Shown here piece by piece: positions 11,741 to 23,608 of a stretch of DNA of 64,000 nucleotides (position 1 is its first letter; the number at the start of each line of letters is the position of its first letter). The stretch spans positions 186,001 to 250,000 of the forward strand of contig NIVC01000111.1 in the NCBI GenBank assembly GCA_002269645.1, read 5' to 3'. A program made the translations under genes and the position numbers. The notes beneath the pieces are model-generated. The model had not been told where the DNA came from, did not search any database, and was given only the letters and a program-made list of their open reading frames with translations. This DNA comes from Macrostomum lignano (lineage: Eukaryota).

Positions 11741-12285
11741 TGACTGACTGACTGACTGACTGACTGACTGACTGACTGACTGACTGACTGACTGACTGAC
11801 TGACTGACTGACTGACTGACTGACTGACTGACTGACTGACTGACTGACTGACTGACTGACTGACTGACTGACTGACTGACTGACTGACTGACTGACTGAC
11901 TGACTGACTGACTGACTGACTGACTGACTGACTGATTGACTCATTAGTCTCATTAGACTCATTAGACTCATTAGTCTCATTAGACTCACTAGACTCATTA
12001 GACTCAGACTCAGTCTCATTAGACTCATTAGACTCAGACTCAGTCTCATTAGACTCATTAGTCTCATTAGACTCATTAGTCTCATTAGACTTATTAGTCT
12101 CATTAGACTCACTAGACTCATTAGACTCAGACTCAGTCTCACTCGACTCATTAGACTCATTAGTCTCATTAGACTCACTAGAATCACTAGAATCACTAGA
12201 CTCACTAGACTAGGACTCACTAGAACCACTAGACTCACTAGACTCAGATTCACTAGAACCACTAGACTCACTAGACTATTAAACC
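11692..12285. repeat. (TGAC)n microsatellite followed by a 9 bp (ATTAGACTC) array
   Basis: Pure TGAC run at about 11692-11937, then ATTAGACTC/ATTAGTCTC/ACTAGACTC units. Confidence 0.95.
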
Positions 12286-12719
12286 TCAAGCCTGGAAAAC
12301 GGATCAAAGATGATGGCCAGCAAGGCCCGTAAAGAACAATTTACGGCAGAGAAGGCCCGAGAGGGCAGGCAGACCAAGAGCATAAGAGACCCGCAAGTGT
12401 CCGCATAAACTACCGTCTGACAGAAATGTCTGTTGACTTTTTTTATCAGTCTGGGGGATTTCTACTCTTAGACCTGTGGAGATCCTCAAACATTGACATA
12501 GTTGATATTTACTAATATTGAGATGGTTGCTGGCAAACGAATGCCCTTCAAAGCAGCAGAGTTAGCGAAGAGACAGTTCCCTCCGCCTATCTGACTGACA
12601 TTTACCATTCGATTGAATTTGTTTATTTGTCTCGAACGAATAGGTCTAACAGAACTTAGTAGACCTCGCTAGATTCTTTGTACAGTAAGGGGCAAGTGGC
12701 CCGACTACAGTGTGAACAG

Positions 12720-13235
12720 ACTAGGTTAGATTGGGCTAGACTGGATTAGGCTAGATTAGATTTAACTAGATTAGATTAGACTAGACTAGATTAAACTAGA
12801 TTAGACTAGAATAGATTAGACTAGACTAGATTGAACTATAGACTAGATTAGGCTAAAATAGATTAGATTAGATTAGACTAGACTAGATTGAACTAGATTA
12901 GATTAGACTAGACTAGATTGAACTAGATTAGACTAGACTAGATTGAACTAGATTAGATTAGACTAGATTACACTAAAATAGATTAGACTAGACTAGATTA
13001 AGCTAGACTAGATTAGATTATATCAAATTAGACTGGATTAGATTAGATAAAGTTAGACTGACTAGATACGACTAGATTAGATTAGATCGAATTAGACTAG
13101 ACTAGACTAGACTAAATTAGACTAGACTAGATTTTACTACACTAAATTGCACTAGAGTAGAGTAGGATAGATTAGATTGGACTAGGCTGGAGTTGATTAG
13201 GTTAAGACTAGATTAGATTGGACTGCACTAGACAA
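12720..13235. repeat. (TAGAC/TAGAT)n pentanucleotide microsatellite
   Basis: Degenerate pentamer array is visible. Confidence 0.93.
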
Positions 13236-13474
13236 GCTGAGACTGGACTCACAAACCCCGGTATAAACAAAGTAGCGGGCAGCAAGAAGCCTGCAGTAGT
13301 GGTCCAAACCGTGTTTCGTTGCCAAATTCTTAGAAAGCTGCTTTTTAAAAGCGAATCCCCGGGCAAAAGACGGTGTCAATACGAGTTTTAGATACAGCAG
13401 CTGTAAGCCAAATCTTACAGAGGTTTCCCTCATTCTGCCTGTAGTCACACTTTAAACAACAGCTCGAGGACTGC

Positions 13475-13510
13475 TATAAATAGATGGGAGATGGAGAGGA
13501 AGATGGGCGG
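13475..13510 (+). promoter_or_regulatory. Candidate TATA (TATAAATA) plus GC box upstream of the SIDT gene
   Basis: TATAAATA at 13475-13482 and GGGCGG at 13505-13510, about 400-480 bp upstream of the candidate ATGs. Motif-only evidence. Confidence 0.25.
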
Positions 13511-13962
13511 AGCTAAGCGCTTCTAGTACTTTCTCCTTGACTGAGCCGTCTCACTGATGATCGCTTGTCAGTTTCTCGAGTGTGCTTTTTGTCATGCTGT
13601 TATGCTACTACACATTTCGGCCTCTCAATCAAATGCAACAGGGCCAGCCTAGCAGTGCCTGTCTTGCAGATAAAACTAGGCTCAACTAGGCTTACCCGTC
13701 TGATTTTTCCTCTCTGACATGCTCCCCTCCCCTCCCCCCTTCTCTAAGCCTTGCTGCGGAAATGGCTCCGGGGATTTAGCGGAGATCGGCACTGAGCCTT
13801 GAGCTGATTCGCCTGTTGCTCAGGAGGGGATGGGGCTGTCCTACAGCCGATCCAGCAATGCTCATCCGGCCATCATTTCTGCGACGCCTGCTACTCAGCT
13901 CACGGCTCAGCAGAGACAAAGCAGATTACGGGACTGTGGGGGGGCCGTTCAGCCTCCTGTCT

Positions 13963-16004
13963 ATGGCGCTGCCTGCCCGTAGCTCACAGCGCCAGTTGCC
14001 GTACGAGCACCTGTCGCTATTGATCTTTAGTCTGCTGATTTTGTCACTTCCTCCGCTGGCTGTTGGCGATGGTGGCGAGCAGCAGCCGCAGCGGCACATT
14101 GTAGCTGGAGAGTTCAACCTCACTTATAACTACAGCGTGTCCAGCACTAACGAATTGGTGTTCAGATTCAACTATACAGAGATTGTCGATGTTACTCAAG
14201 CTGTCCGGTTGACAATCGTGAGCGAATCGGCCAGCTCAGACCATCCCGTGCTTGTAGTTGCTAGGCAACAGCGGGAGATTGTGTCATGGCGATTGCCGCT
14301 GTTTTACTCCAGCGAGGAGAAAGAGTTCCCCTACTATATAGTGTCGCGGACTCTTTGTCCCACGCTGCCGCTGGGTGGCTCTGTCACTGGCCGGGTTCAC
14401 ACCATCTTTGTTGAGGTGACAACTCAGAATCCCAACATGACGGCATTCTCTTTGAACGCTTCAATAGTGCCGAATTTCCAGTTGTATCTGGGCGCTAGTC
14501 ACGGTATCAGATCGGCCCACGTGTCTCCATCGCAGCCGAAGTATTACAAGTTTGAGTTTCCTCCCAATGTCTCGTCTGTGCAGGTTAGAATGGTGTCAGA
14601 CGACATGCTGTGCATGCGGGTGTCTGTACAGGCGGTCAACTGCCCAGTGTACGATCTGGCTAGGAATGTAGAATTCACTGGCATCAGGCAGACGGCATCT
14701 AAGAAGGCCAGTCTGAGTGTTACCACCAGCGACCCGGCGCTGGCTTCGGCCACAGCATTCTACGTGGTGCTGGTCGTGTACCCCACTGACGCCAACTGCC
14801 GGCCAAATATTCCCGCCCAGCTGGTGCCGCCAGATCCCGGAGAGCACGGTCGGGAACTGTACCGGCGCACCAAACAGTTGAACATCACCGTACTGCCTTC
14901 GCTTGGCATCAACGAATACTTTCTGCCAGTGTTTGGCACAATATTCTTCTTTCTATTGTTCTACGCTGCCGCCTTTATCATAGCGCTGCTTCATCACACC
15001 TACGAGACCAGGCGCTTGCTGGCTCGCAGCCGCGCCGGCGCCGCTAACAACTACGACGGCAACAACGCGCCAATCGAGGACACTCCAGAGTCGCCGCTTC
15101 GTCAACGCGGCGATGCAGCCGACGTTGGTGATAACTCGACAGATTTTAACGAGGCGTCAAATTCATCGCCGCGTAATTATCTCGCCGTGGGGGAGACTCC
15201 AACGGTGAGAACGGCGACAATGTCGACAACTGCCACCTTCTCTACCGCGGCAATGTCGTCTTTGTCCATGCAGAGAGGCACCCTGCCCAGCCAGATGAGC
15301 GTCGTCGAGCCTCCGGCCTCGGCCAATTCGGCGACAACTTCGGCGTCGACGAACGCATCGGATGCGCTGGCTTCGACCTCGGCCGCTTCCGCCTCTGCCA
15401 CCGTCGGCGTCGGCACGGGAGTCGGCGAAGACGGCGGATTTGTCGACCTGATGGCGGAGGCCAACCAGGAGAAGGAGATTTTCCGCCTGCGCAAAGACAT
15501 GACGGTGCAGGATTTGTCTAGAAAGCCGCCCAGCAGGCTGCGCAAAAAGTACAAGCTGTACTATTGGTATTTGATCATCATATCGATCTTCTACTGCTTG
15601 CCGGTGATCCAGCTGGTGCTGACCTACCAGAAGGTGTTGAACACTAGCGGAGACGAGGACATGTGCTATTACAACTTCGATTGCGCCCACACTCTGGGCG
15701 TCATCTCCTCGTTCAACAATGTCTTCTCCAACATCAGCTACGTGCTATTGGGCCTGCTGTTTCTTCTGCTGTGCTGGCGCCGGGACTTGCTGCACCAGAA
15801 TCTGGTCCGCCGCGACCCCCGGGCCAGCCAGTACGGCATTCCGCATCACTACGGACTGTACTATGCCATCGGCATCGCCCTGATCATGGAGGGTGTACTC
15901 TCCGGCTGCTATCATATCTGTCCCAGCTACAATAACTTCCAGTTCGATACGGCGTTTATGTACATGCTGTCCGGACTCTGCATGCTGAAGATCTACCAGA
16001 CTAG
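13963..16004 (+). CDS. SIDT1: SID-1/SIDT family transmembrane protein, coding exon 1 (start could be the upstream in-frame ATG at 13858)
   Basis: Signal-peptide-like N-terminus and SIDT ectodomain motifs (HPVLVVARQQREIVSWRLP, VSPSQPKYYKFEFP, VSVQ..NCPVYDL). It also has YNTSGDEDMCYYNFDCAH, FNNVFSNISY and HYGLYYAIGIALIMEGVLSGCYHICPSYNNFQFDTAFMY. It ends YQTR at AG|GTGAGC (phase 2). The SIDT1 versus SIDT2 orthologue cannot be resolved. Confidence 0.92.
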
Positions 16005-16039
16005 GTGAGCGCGGCGCTGGGTATGTAGGGGTAGAGGTA

Positions 16040-16900
16040 CTATGTAGGGTGCGATTTTGAGACATCTAACTACGTGGGGTGAGATTTTGAGACATCTACT
16101 ATTTAAGGGTGAGATTTTGAGACATCTACTATTTAAGGGTGAGATTAAAAGACATCTAACTATGCGCAGTGAGATTTTGAGACATCTACTATGTAGGGTG
16201 AGATTTTGAGACATCTACCTACATGGGATGAGATTTTGAGACATCTAGCTACGAAGGGTGAGATTTTGAGACATCTACTATGTAGGGGTGAGATTTTGAG
16301 ACATCCAACTACATGGGGTGAGATTTTAAGACATCTAGCTACGAAGGATGAGATTTTGAGAAATCTAGCTGCAATGGATGAGATTTTGAGACATCTAGCT
16401 ACGAAGGATGAGATTTTGAGACATCTAGCTACGAAGGGTGAGATTTTAAGGCATCTACTATGTAGGGATGAGATTTTGAGACATCTAACTACATGGGATG
16501 AGATTTTGAGACATCTATTATTTAAGGGTGATATTTTGGGACATCTAGATACGAAGGGTGAGATTTTGATACATCTTCTATTTAAGGGTGAGATTTTGAA
16601 ACATCTACTACGAAGGGTGAGATTTTGAGACATCAACTCATGCAGGGGTGAGATTTTGAGACATCTAACTACGTATAAGTGAGGTTTTAAGTCGTCTACT
16701 ATGCAGGGGAGATCTTGAGATATCTAACTATGTAGGGCTAAGATTTTGAAATGAAACATTACTGTGTTGGGGGTGAGGTTTTGAGACATCTACTATGCAG
16801 GTGTGAGATTTTGAGACATCAAACATCAAACTACACAGGGGTGAGAGTTTAACAAATGTACTATGGGAAGAGAATTTTACAAGTGTACCATGTAGGGGCG
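16040..16900. repeat. Minisatellite, 30 bp unit (GTGAGATTTTGAGACATCTACTATGTAGGG), filling the SIDT intron
   Basis: About 28 tandem copies inside intron 16005..16965. Confidence 0.95.
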
Positions 16901-16965
16901 AGATTTAAATGTACAATCGCAAGCTGTCATAATATCAGCTGTCATACCCCCTCCCCAACCCCCAG

Positions 16966-17668
16966 ACACCCGGACGTGAACGCCTCGGCCCACATGGCCT
17001 ACATGGCCCTGGCCATCATCATCTTCACCGGCCTGCTTGGTGTCTTCTACAGCAAAGAGAGCACCACATTCTACACCCTGTTCTGCATCCTGGTCATCGT
17101 GACCAGCATCCTGCTCACCCTGGAGGTGTACTATGTTGGCCGCTGGAAGATGAACGTCGGCCGGCTGAAGCGGCTGTACCTGCTGGTCCGCACAGACGGG
17201 CTGTCCTGCTTCCGGCCGCAGCGGCGGGACCGCCTGGTGCTGCTGATCTTCGCCAACTCCATCAACTGGTCCATCGGCCTCTACGGCGCATTCAAGCGGC
17301 CAGAGGATTTCAGCACCTTCATGCTGAGCATCCTCATGGTCAACATGATGATGTACTTTGTGTTCTACATCATCATGAAGCTGCGCAACGGCGAGCGGCT
17401 CGCCTTCACCCCGGTGGCCTTCACCCTGCTGGACATCGCCGCCTGGGCCGGGGCCGGCTACTTCTTCCTGCAGAGCCCCACCAACTGGGAGGACAGCGCC
17501 AGCGGCTCCCGCATCCGCAACCAGGCCTGCGTGCTGGCCGGCTTCTACGATGTGCACGACATCTGGCACTTCCTGTCCGCGGTGGCCATGTTCCTCGGCT
17601 TCAACATCATCCTCACTATGGATGACGACCTCGCCTACGTGAGGCGCGACCGGATTCGCGTGTTCTGA
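16966..17668 (+). CDS. SIDT1: SID-1/SIDT family protein, coding exon 2 (total about 914 aa from ATG 13963)
   Basis: Acceptor CCCCCAG|A restores YQTRHPDVNASAH. It contains YYVGRWK, NQACVLAGFYDVHDIWHFLSA (the CREST-family HxxxH zinc motif) and the terminal DDDL...RDRIRVF*. Confidence 0.95.
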
Positions 17669-17680
17669 GCGTTCCGGCTC

Positions 17681-17886
17681 TGACTGTCTGCCTGTCTGTC
17701 TGTCTGCCTGCCTGCTTGTCTGTCTGTCTGCCTGCCTGCTTGTCTGTCTGTCTGCCTGCCTGCCTGCCTGTCTGTGTCTGTGTATCTCTGTCTGTCTGCC
17801 TGTCTGTCTGTCTGTCTGCCTGTCTGTCTGGCTGTCTGCCTGTGTCTGTCTGTCCGTCTGTCCGTATGCCTGTTTGTCTGTCTGCC
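17681..17886. repeat. (TCTG/CCTG)n microsatellite in the SIDT 3'UTR
   Basis: The array starts about 12 nt after TGA. Confidence 0.95.
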
Positions 17887-18589
17887 CGTGTGTCTTAATT
17901 TATGTCTACCTGTCTGGCTTGGTGTCTGTCTCACTGTCTGTCGTAAAGTGTATTTTCCCTCAGTGCATTCTACTGACTGTCTTGGTGCCCGTGACTGCCT
18001 GAACTAGTCTGTCTGTTGGCCTGTAAGCCCAGTGTTAGCTTTCTTCCTCTATATCTGTCTGCCCATTGAATCCCAGACCAAAGTCTCTCGGACAAGTATT
18101 CATCAGTGTTAATACTTGTATTTGCACAACACTCAGCGTTTACGGCGTCCGCTCCTACTGTTGTGAAATCAATATTGCTGCTTTAATCAAGTAGCATCCC
18201 GCACAGTATCATTAGTGTCAGTAACTATTTGTCATTTGATTTGCATTACGTTTCGTGTGTAATTAATTTTGTTTTTTATTCGCAATAGAATTACATCTTC
18301 CAGTTTTGATTGACACGCGATTTGCAGACGAGAAAGCTACACGAGCGAACCCATTGTCCCGTTGTCATTCGCTATGTTTGAATGACGTTACTTTATACTA
18401 TAGTATATACTACTTGAATCAATTTATACAAGTAGTGTTAGTCAGTAACTTGTGTTAGTATTGTACGTTATCTAGTAGATTTTGGTCGCAGTCTTTCTAT
18501 ATTCTGGCAACAAATCGTTCTGGCACAAGTGCAAGTTTGCTTTCTGCGTCAATTTTTTATCCCAGAGCAAAATGATTTGTTTTCTTGTG

Positions 18590-19530
18590 TGATATGAATG
18601 GCACAATGATTGATGGTGATATATGTGATGAGTAGCACAATGGGTCATGGTGATGTATGTAATGAGTAGCACAATGACTCATGATGATGTATGTGATGAG
18701 TGGCACAATGATCAATGATTGGTGTAGTAATGAGTAGCACAATGACTCATGATGATGTATGTAATGAGTAGCACAATGACTCATGATGATGTATGTGATG
18801 AGTGGCACAATGATTAATGATTGGTGTAGTAATGAGTAGCACAATGACTCATGGTGATGTATGTGAAGAGTAGCACAATGACTCATGATGATGTATGTGA
18901 TGAGTGGCACAATGAGTAATGATTGATGTAGTAATGAGTAGCACAATGACTCATGGTGATGTATGTGAAGAGTAGCACAATGACTCATGATGATGTATGT
19001 GATGAGTGGCACAATGAGTAATGATTGATGTAGTAATGAGTAGCACAATGACTCATGGTGATGTATGTGAAGAGTAGCACAATGACTCATGATGATGTAT
19101 GTGAAGAGTAGCACAATGACTCATGGTGATTTATGTGATGAGTAGCACAATGACTCATGATGATGTATGTGATGAGTAGCACAATGACTCATGATGATGT
19201 ATGTGATGAGTAGCACAATGACTCATGATGATGTATGTGATGAGTAGCACAATGACTCATGATGATGTATGTGATGAGTAGCACAATGACTCATGATGAT
19301 GTATGTGATGAGTGGCACAATGACTCATGATGATGTATGTGATGAGTAGCACAATGACTCATGATGATGTATGTGATGAGTGGTACAATGACTCATGATG
19401 ATGTATGTGATGAGTGGCACAATGACTCATGATGATGTATGTGATGAGTCGCACAATGACTCATGATGATATGTGATGAGTGGCACAATGACTCATGATG
19501 ATATCAGTGATGAGTGGCACAATGACTTAA
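18590..19530. repeat. Minisatellite, 34 bp unit (GATGATGTATGTGATGAGTAGCACAATGACTCAT), with a 102 bp higher-order repeat in its left half
   Basis: Tandem copies are visible. The 34-aa periodicity of ORF 18557..19114 equals 3 x 34 bp. Confidence 0.95.
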
Positions 19531-20114
19531 TGATATCACTGGCATCTCAAAACCTGTGTACTTTTCTTGTCTCACCAATATATTTTATAATATTATTTTA
19601 CAAAGTCACAATGGCACTGTTAAACGATGTCTTCGCTATTCGAGCCTTAGCCGCAAATTAATTTGTTTGAATAGTTTCTCATACTCAATGAAAATTGATT
19701 AAAAAATTGTATTTTACATCGCGGGTTTATCAAGTGTTGATTTGCTTGTTATAATCAAACTTATATATTTTTGTAGCCATTGCGCAATCAAAGCTGTATT
19801 CTCGCTTACGTACTCATAGGCCATGTTGGTTATAAATAAAAGTTTATTTTGTCCTCACAAATCAGTTGGGAAATCGTATTACTGTAGGAACTGATGGATT
19901 TTGTATATTTTATCAGCGCGACCGCCTCTAGTTTAGCCGCTACCCCCTCCCATCGTTTCGATCGAATGATTCTGAGTATTTTTGTGCAGTACAAAATGTA
20001 CTTTTAATACATATTATTTTTTATGCAGCGTCTTTTTTGCTTCGGTATCTTCGAATTTTTGTTTTATTAGTTTCGTTCATTAAACTACTTTGCTGGTTTA
20101 TAGGAGTGAGGAAG

Positions 20115-20480
20115 CGGGTTTTTAGGGTAGACACCGGATTTTTTATAGAGACGACAGCAGGTTTATAAGGAGACGGTGGATTTATAGGGTAGACAGCGGA
20201 TTTGTAGGGTAGACAGCGGATTTGTAGGGTAGACAGTGGATTTGTAGGGTAGACAGCGGATTTGTAGGGTAGACAGCGGATTTGTAGGGTAGACAGTGGA
20301 TTTGTAGGGTAGACAGCGGATTTGTAGGGTAGAAAGCGGATTTATAGGGTAGACAGCGAATTTGGAGGGTAGACAGCGGATTTGTAGGGTAGACAGCGGA
20401 TGTGTAGTGTAGACAGCGGATTTGTAGGGTAGACAGCGGATTTGTAGGGTAGACAGCGGATGTGTAGTGTAGACAGCGGA
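20115..20480. repeat. Minisatellite, 20 bp unit (TAGGGTAGACAGCGGATTTG), in a predicted 5'UTR intron of TXNDC9
   Basis: Bracketed by donor GA|GTGAGG (20106) and acceptor AACCAG| (20533), 7 nt before the ATG. Confidence 0.9.
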
Positions 20481-20540
20481 ATTAGGATAGGCAGCTGTAG
20501 CATCACCTGGTCCCACCTGTCCGCATCAACCAGCAGCTCA

Positions 20541-21236
20541 ATGGCAGGCTCAAACATGGGCAAAGCGCTGGAGTCGCAGCTGGTGAAAGCTGCTCAAGTG
20601 ATTGAGGAGCGCCTGGACTCTCAGATCGAGCGGCTGGACAACCTGAAAGAGGACGACATCGAGCAGCTGAGGGAGCGCCGGCTGCGGCAGATGAAGGAGC
20701 AGGCCAAACAGCGGGACGAATGGGTGGCCAACGGCCACGGCCGCTACTTTGAAATCTCCAACGAGAAGGAGTTCTTCGAGGAGGGCAAGAAAAGCCGCAA
20801 TCTGGTGTGCCATTTCTACCGGGACAGCACGTTCCGCTGCAAGATATTCGACAAGCACCTGGCCATCTTGGCTCCGCGCCACGTGGAGTGCAAGTTCATC
20901 AAGCTGTCAGTTGACAAGGCGCCGTTCCTCACCCAGCGCCTGAACATCCGGGTCATCCCCACCCTGTGCATCGTGCGCCAGGAGAAGACCAAGGATTATA
21001 TTGTTGGCTTTGACGATCTTGGCGGGCGCGACGACTTCAGCACGGAGATGCTGGAATGGCGCCTTGGCCGGTCCGAGGTCATCGACTACAAAGGCGACTT
21101 GATGAACCCGCCAGACCAGCAGACCGCCGCTTCTGGTGGCAAGTCTGGGGGCGCCGCCTCCATTCTGGGAGCCGGCAGGCAGAAGAAGGTGCGAGGCGGC
21201 GGAGATGACGACTCGTCTGATGAGGACGACTGGTGA
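20541..21236 (+). CDS. TXNDC9: Thioredoxin domain-containing protein 9 (phosducin-like 3), 231 aa, intronless CDS
   Basis: GHGRYFEISNEKEFF, VCHFYRDSTFRCKIFDKHLAILA, APFLTQRLNIRVIPTL and DYIVGFDDLGGRDDFSTEMLEWRLG are TXNDC9-diagnostic, with an acidic tail. Confidence 0.97.
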   Translation: MAGSNMGKALESQLVKAAQVIEERLDSQIERLDNLKEDDIEQLRERRLRQMKEQAKQRDEWVANGHGRYFEISNEKEFFEEGKKSRNLVCHFYRDSTFRCKIFDKHLAILAPRHVECKFIKLSVDKAPFLTQRLNIRVIPTLCIVRQEKTKDYIVGFDDLGGRDDFSTEMLEWRLGRSEVIDYKGDLMNPPDQQTAASGGKSGGAASILGAGRQKKVRGGGDDDSSDEDDW

Positions 21237-21344
21237 TTGATTGATTGATTGATACTCATTGCTTAATTCCCTTCTTGATTTTTTTATACTTTTTATTGCT
21301 TGTTCAATGATGGTTGCCGTTACAAATTTTTATAGACGAGTGTG

Positions 21345-21525
21345 CTTTTGATTGATCAGCTGATTGAGTGATTGATCAGCTGATTGAGTGATTGATTGAT
21401 CAGCTCGTTGAGTGATTGATCAGCTGATTGATTGAGTGATTGATCAGCTGATTGAGTGATTGATCAGCTGATTGATTGATTGAGTGATTGATCAGCAAAT
21501 TGATCAATTGATCAACTGATTGAGT
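21345..21525. repeat. 20 bp repeat (ATTGATCAGCTGATTGAGTG) built on (TGAT)n in the TXNDC9 3' region
   Basis: Tandem copies contain the palindrome ATCAGCTGAT. Confidence 0.85.
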
Positions 21526-22274
21526 GTCTCAAAAGCAAATGTAATGTGTCGCAATTTTATGAGAATGACTTTTATCTCCGTCCTTTTGTGATTTCTGCCC
21601 CGATGTGTCGATGAGTTCCTGCACACATTGCACCGTGTAGGCAGCAGAATCCTATAATTAATTATTTGCAACATTATTACGAACGTAATAACCATTTTTG
21701 CGCTCCAATTAGCCCTCCGCTTGCATTCCCGCCAAATATTGTGTGGCAACTGTGTTACTATGGCAACGGTGTTTGCTATTAAGCAGATGTGAACCGTTGT
21801 AGAATTTTACCCTTTTGTAGTTGCTAATTACTATTTAGCAGTAGTAGGAGTAATATAATATGCGTATTGTGTGTTTAATTTAGCTGCCAGCGATCACTCT
21901 GCTAACCATTTTGCCGTGCACTGTTTGTTTGCCTAATTATTATTATTATTATTTTGTTATATTGTTGCACATTTGAAAATGCACGACTCATTTTACTCGG
22001 CCTTGCAAACGTGCTCTCGGCGCTGTTTTTGTGAAAAATTTTTGTCCAATTTGACGCTACTTTTTCCTATATATTTAATCCCTTGTGTGTTTATTCTCAT
22101 AATATTTATGCTTCTGCCTGCCTTGAACACCTGCGTGATCGATAAATATAACAGCCAATAAAGACAAACTTCTGAAAAGCAAATTTTCAATTTATTTGAG
22201 CTTTGTACGTGTCTGTGCGGTCTTTCCTTGTTTTAAATTAAAAATGCAGTACGATTTGAAAGTAATCCTGGTAT

Positions 22275-23433
22275 CCTGACATTCATTTCGACATGTTTGA
22301 CATTCATTTTGGCGTCCTGACATTCATTTTGGCGTCCTGACATTCATTTTGGCGTCCTGACATTGAGTTTGGCATCCTGACATTCAGTTTGACATCCTGA
22401 CATTGAGTTTGGCATCCTGACATTCATTTTGGCGTCCTGACATTCAGTTTGGCATCCTGACATTGAGTTTGGCATCCTGACATTCAGTTTGGCATCCTGA
22501 CATTGAGTTTGGCATCCTGACATTCAGTTTGGCATCCTGACATTGAGTTTGGCATCCTGACATTGAGTTTGGCATCCTGACATTCAGTTTGGCATCCTGA
22601 CATTCATTTCGACATGTTTGACATTGAGTTTCGCATCCTGACATTCAGTTTGGCATCCTGACATTCATTTCGACATGTTTGACATTCATTTTGGCGTCCT
22701 GACATTCATTTTGGCGTCCTGACATTCATTTTGGCGTCCTGACATTGAGTTTGGCATCCTGACATTCAGTTTGACATCCTGACATTGAGTTTGGCATCCT
22801 GACATTCAGTTTGGCATCCTGACATTGAGTTTAGCATCCTGACATTGAGTTTGGCATCCTGACATTGAGTTTGGCATCCTGACATTGAGTTTGGCATCCT
22901 GACATTGAGTTTGGCATCCTGACATTCAGTTTGGCATCCTGACATTGAGTTTGGCATCCTGACATTGAGTTTGGCATCCTGACATTGAGTTTGGCATCCT
23001 GACATTGAGTTTGACGTCCTGACATTGAGTTTGACGTCCTGACATTGAGTTTGGCATCCTGACATTGAGTTTGACGTCCTGACATTGAGTTTGACGTCCT
23101 GACATTGAGTTTGGCATCCTGACATTGAGTTAGGCATCCTGACATTGAGTTTGGCATCCTGACATTGAGTTTGGCATCCTGACATTGATTTTGACATCCT
23201 GACATTGAGTTTGGCATCCTGACATTGAGTTTGACATTCTGACATTGAGTTTGGCATCCTGACATTGAGTTTGGCATCCTGACATTGAGTTTGGCATCCT
23301 GACATTGAGTTTGGCATCCTGACATTGATTTTGACATCCTGACATTGAGTTTGGCATCCTGACATTGAGTTTGGCATCCTGACATTGAGTTTGGCATCCT
23401 GACATTGAATTTGGCATCCTGACATTGAATTTG
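22275..23433. repeat. Minisatellite, 20 bp unit (CCTGACATTGAGTTTGGCAT), upstream of CLPTM1L
   Basis: About 58 tandem copies. It generates several spurious - strand ORFs. Confidence 0.97.
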
Positions 23434-23608
23434 ACACCCACTACTTCCTACTACTCACTACTGATAGTAGCAAAACGAAAACTTTTTGAATTAATTAATC
23501 CCACTCTTTAATCGTCAATTTTGCACGCGTAAATTCATGACAATGCTTCGATTTTAAACTGATCTTCGATAAAAATTCGATTTCACTACTCATCAGTAGA
23601 TCATTCCT

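Noticed and set aside
13816-13857. TTG start of the 730-aa SIDT ORF (and GTG/TTG starts throughout the track)
   Set aside because: These are prokaryotic-style starts. Eukaryotic ATGs at 13858 and 13963 and splice acceptors explain the 5' ends.
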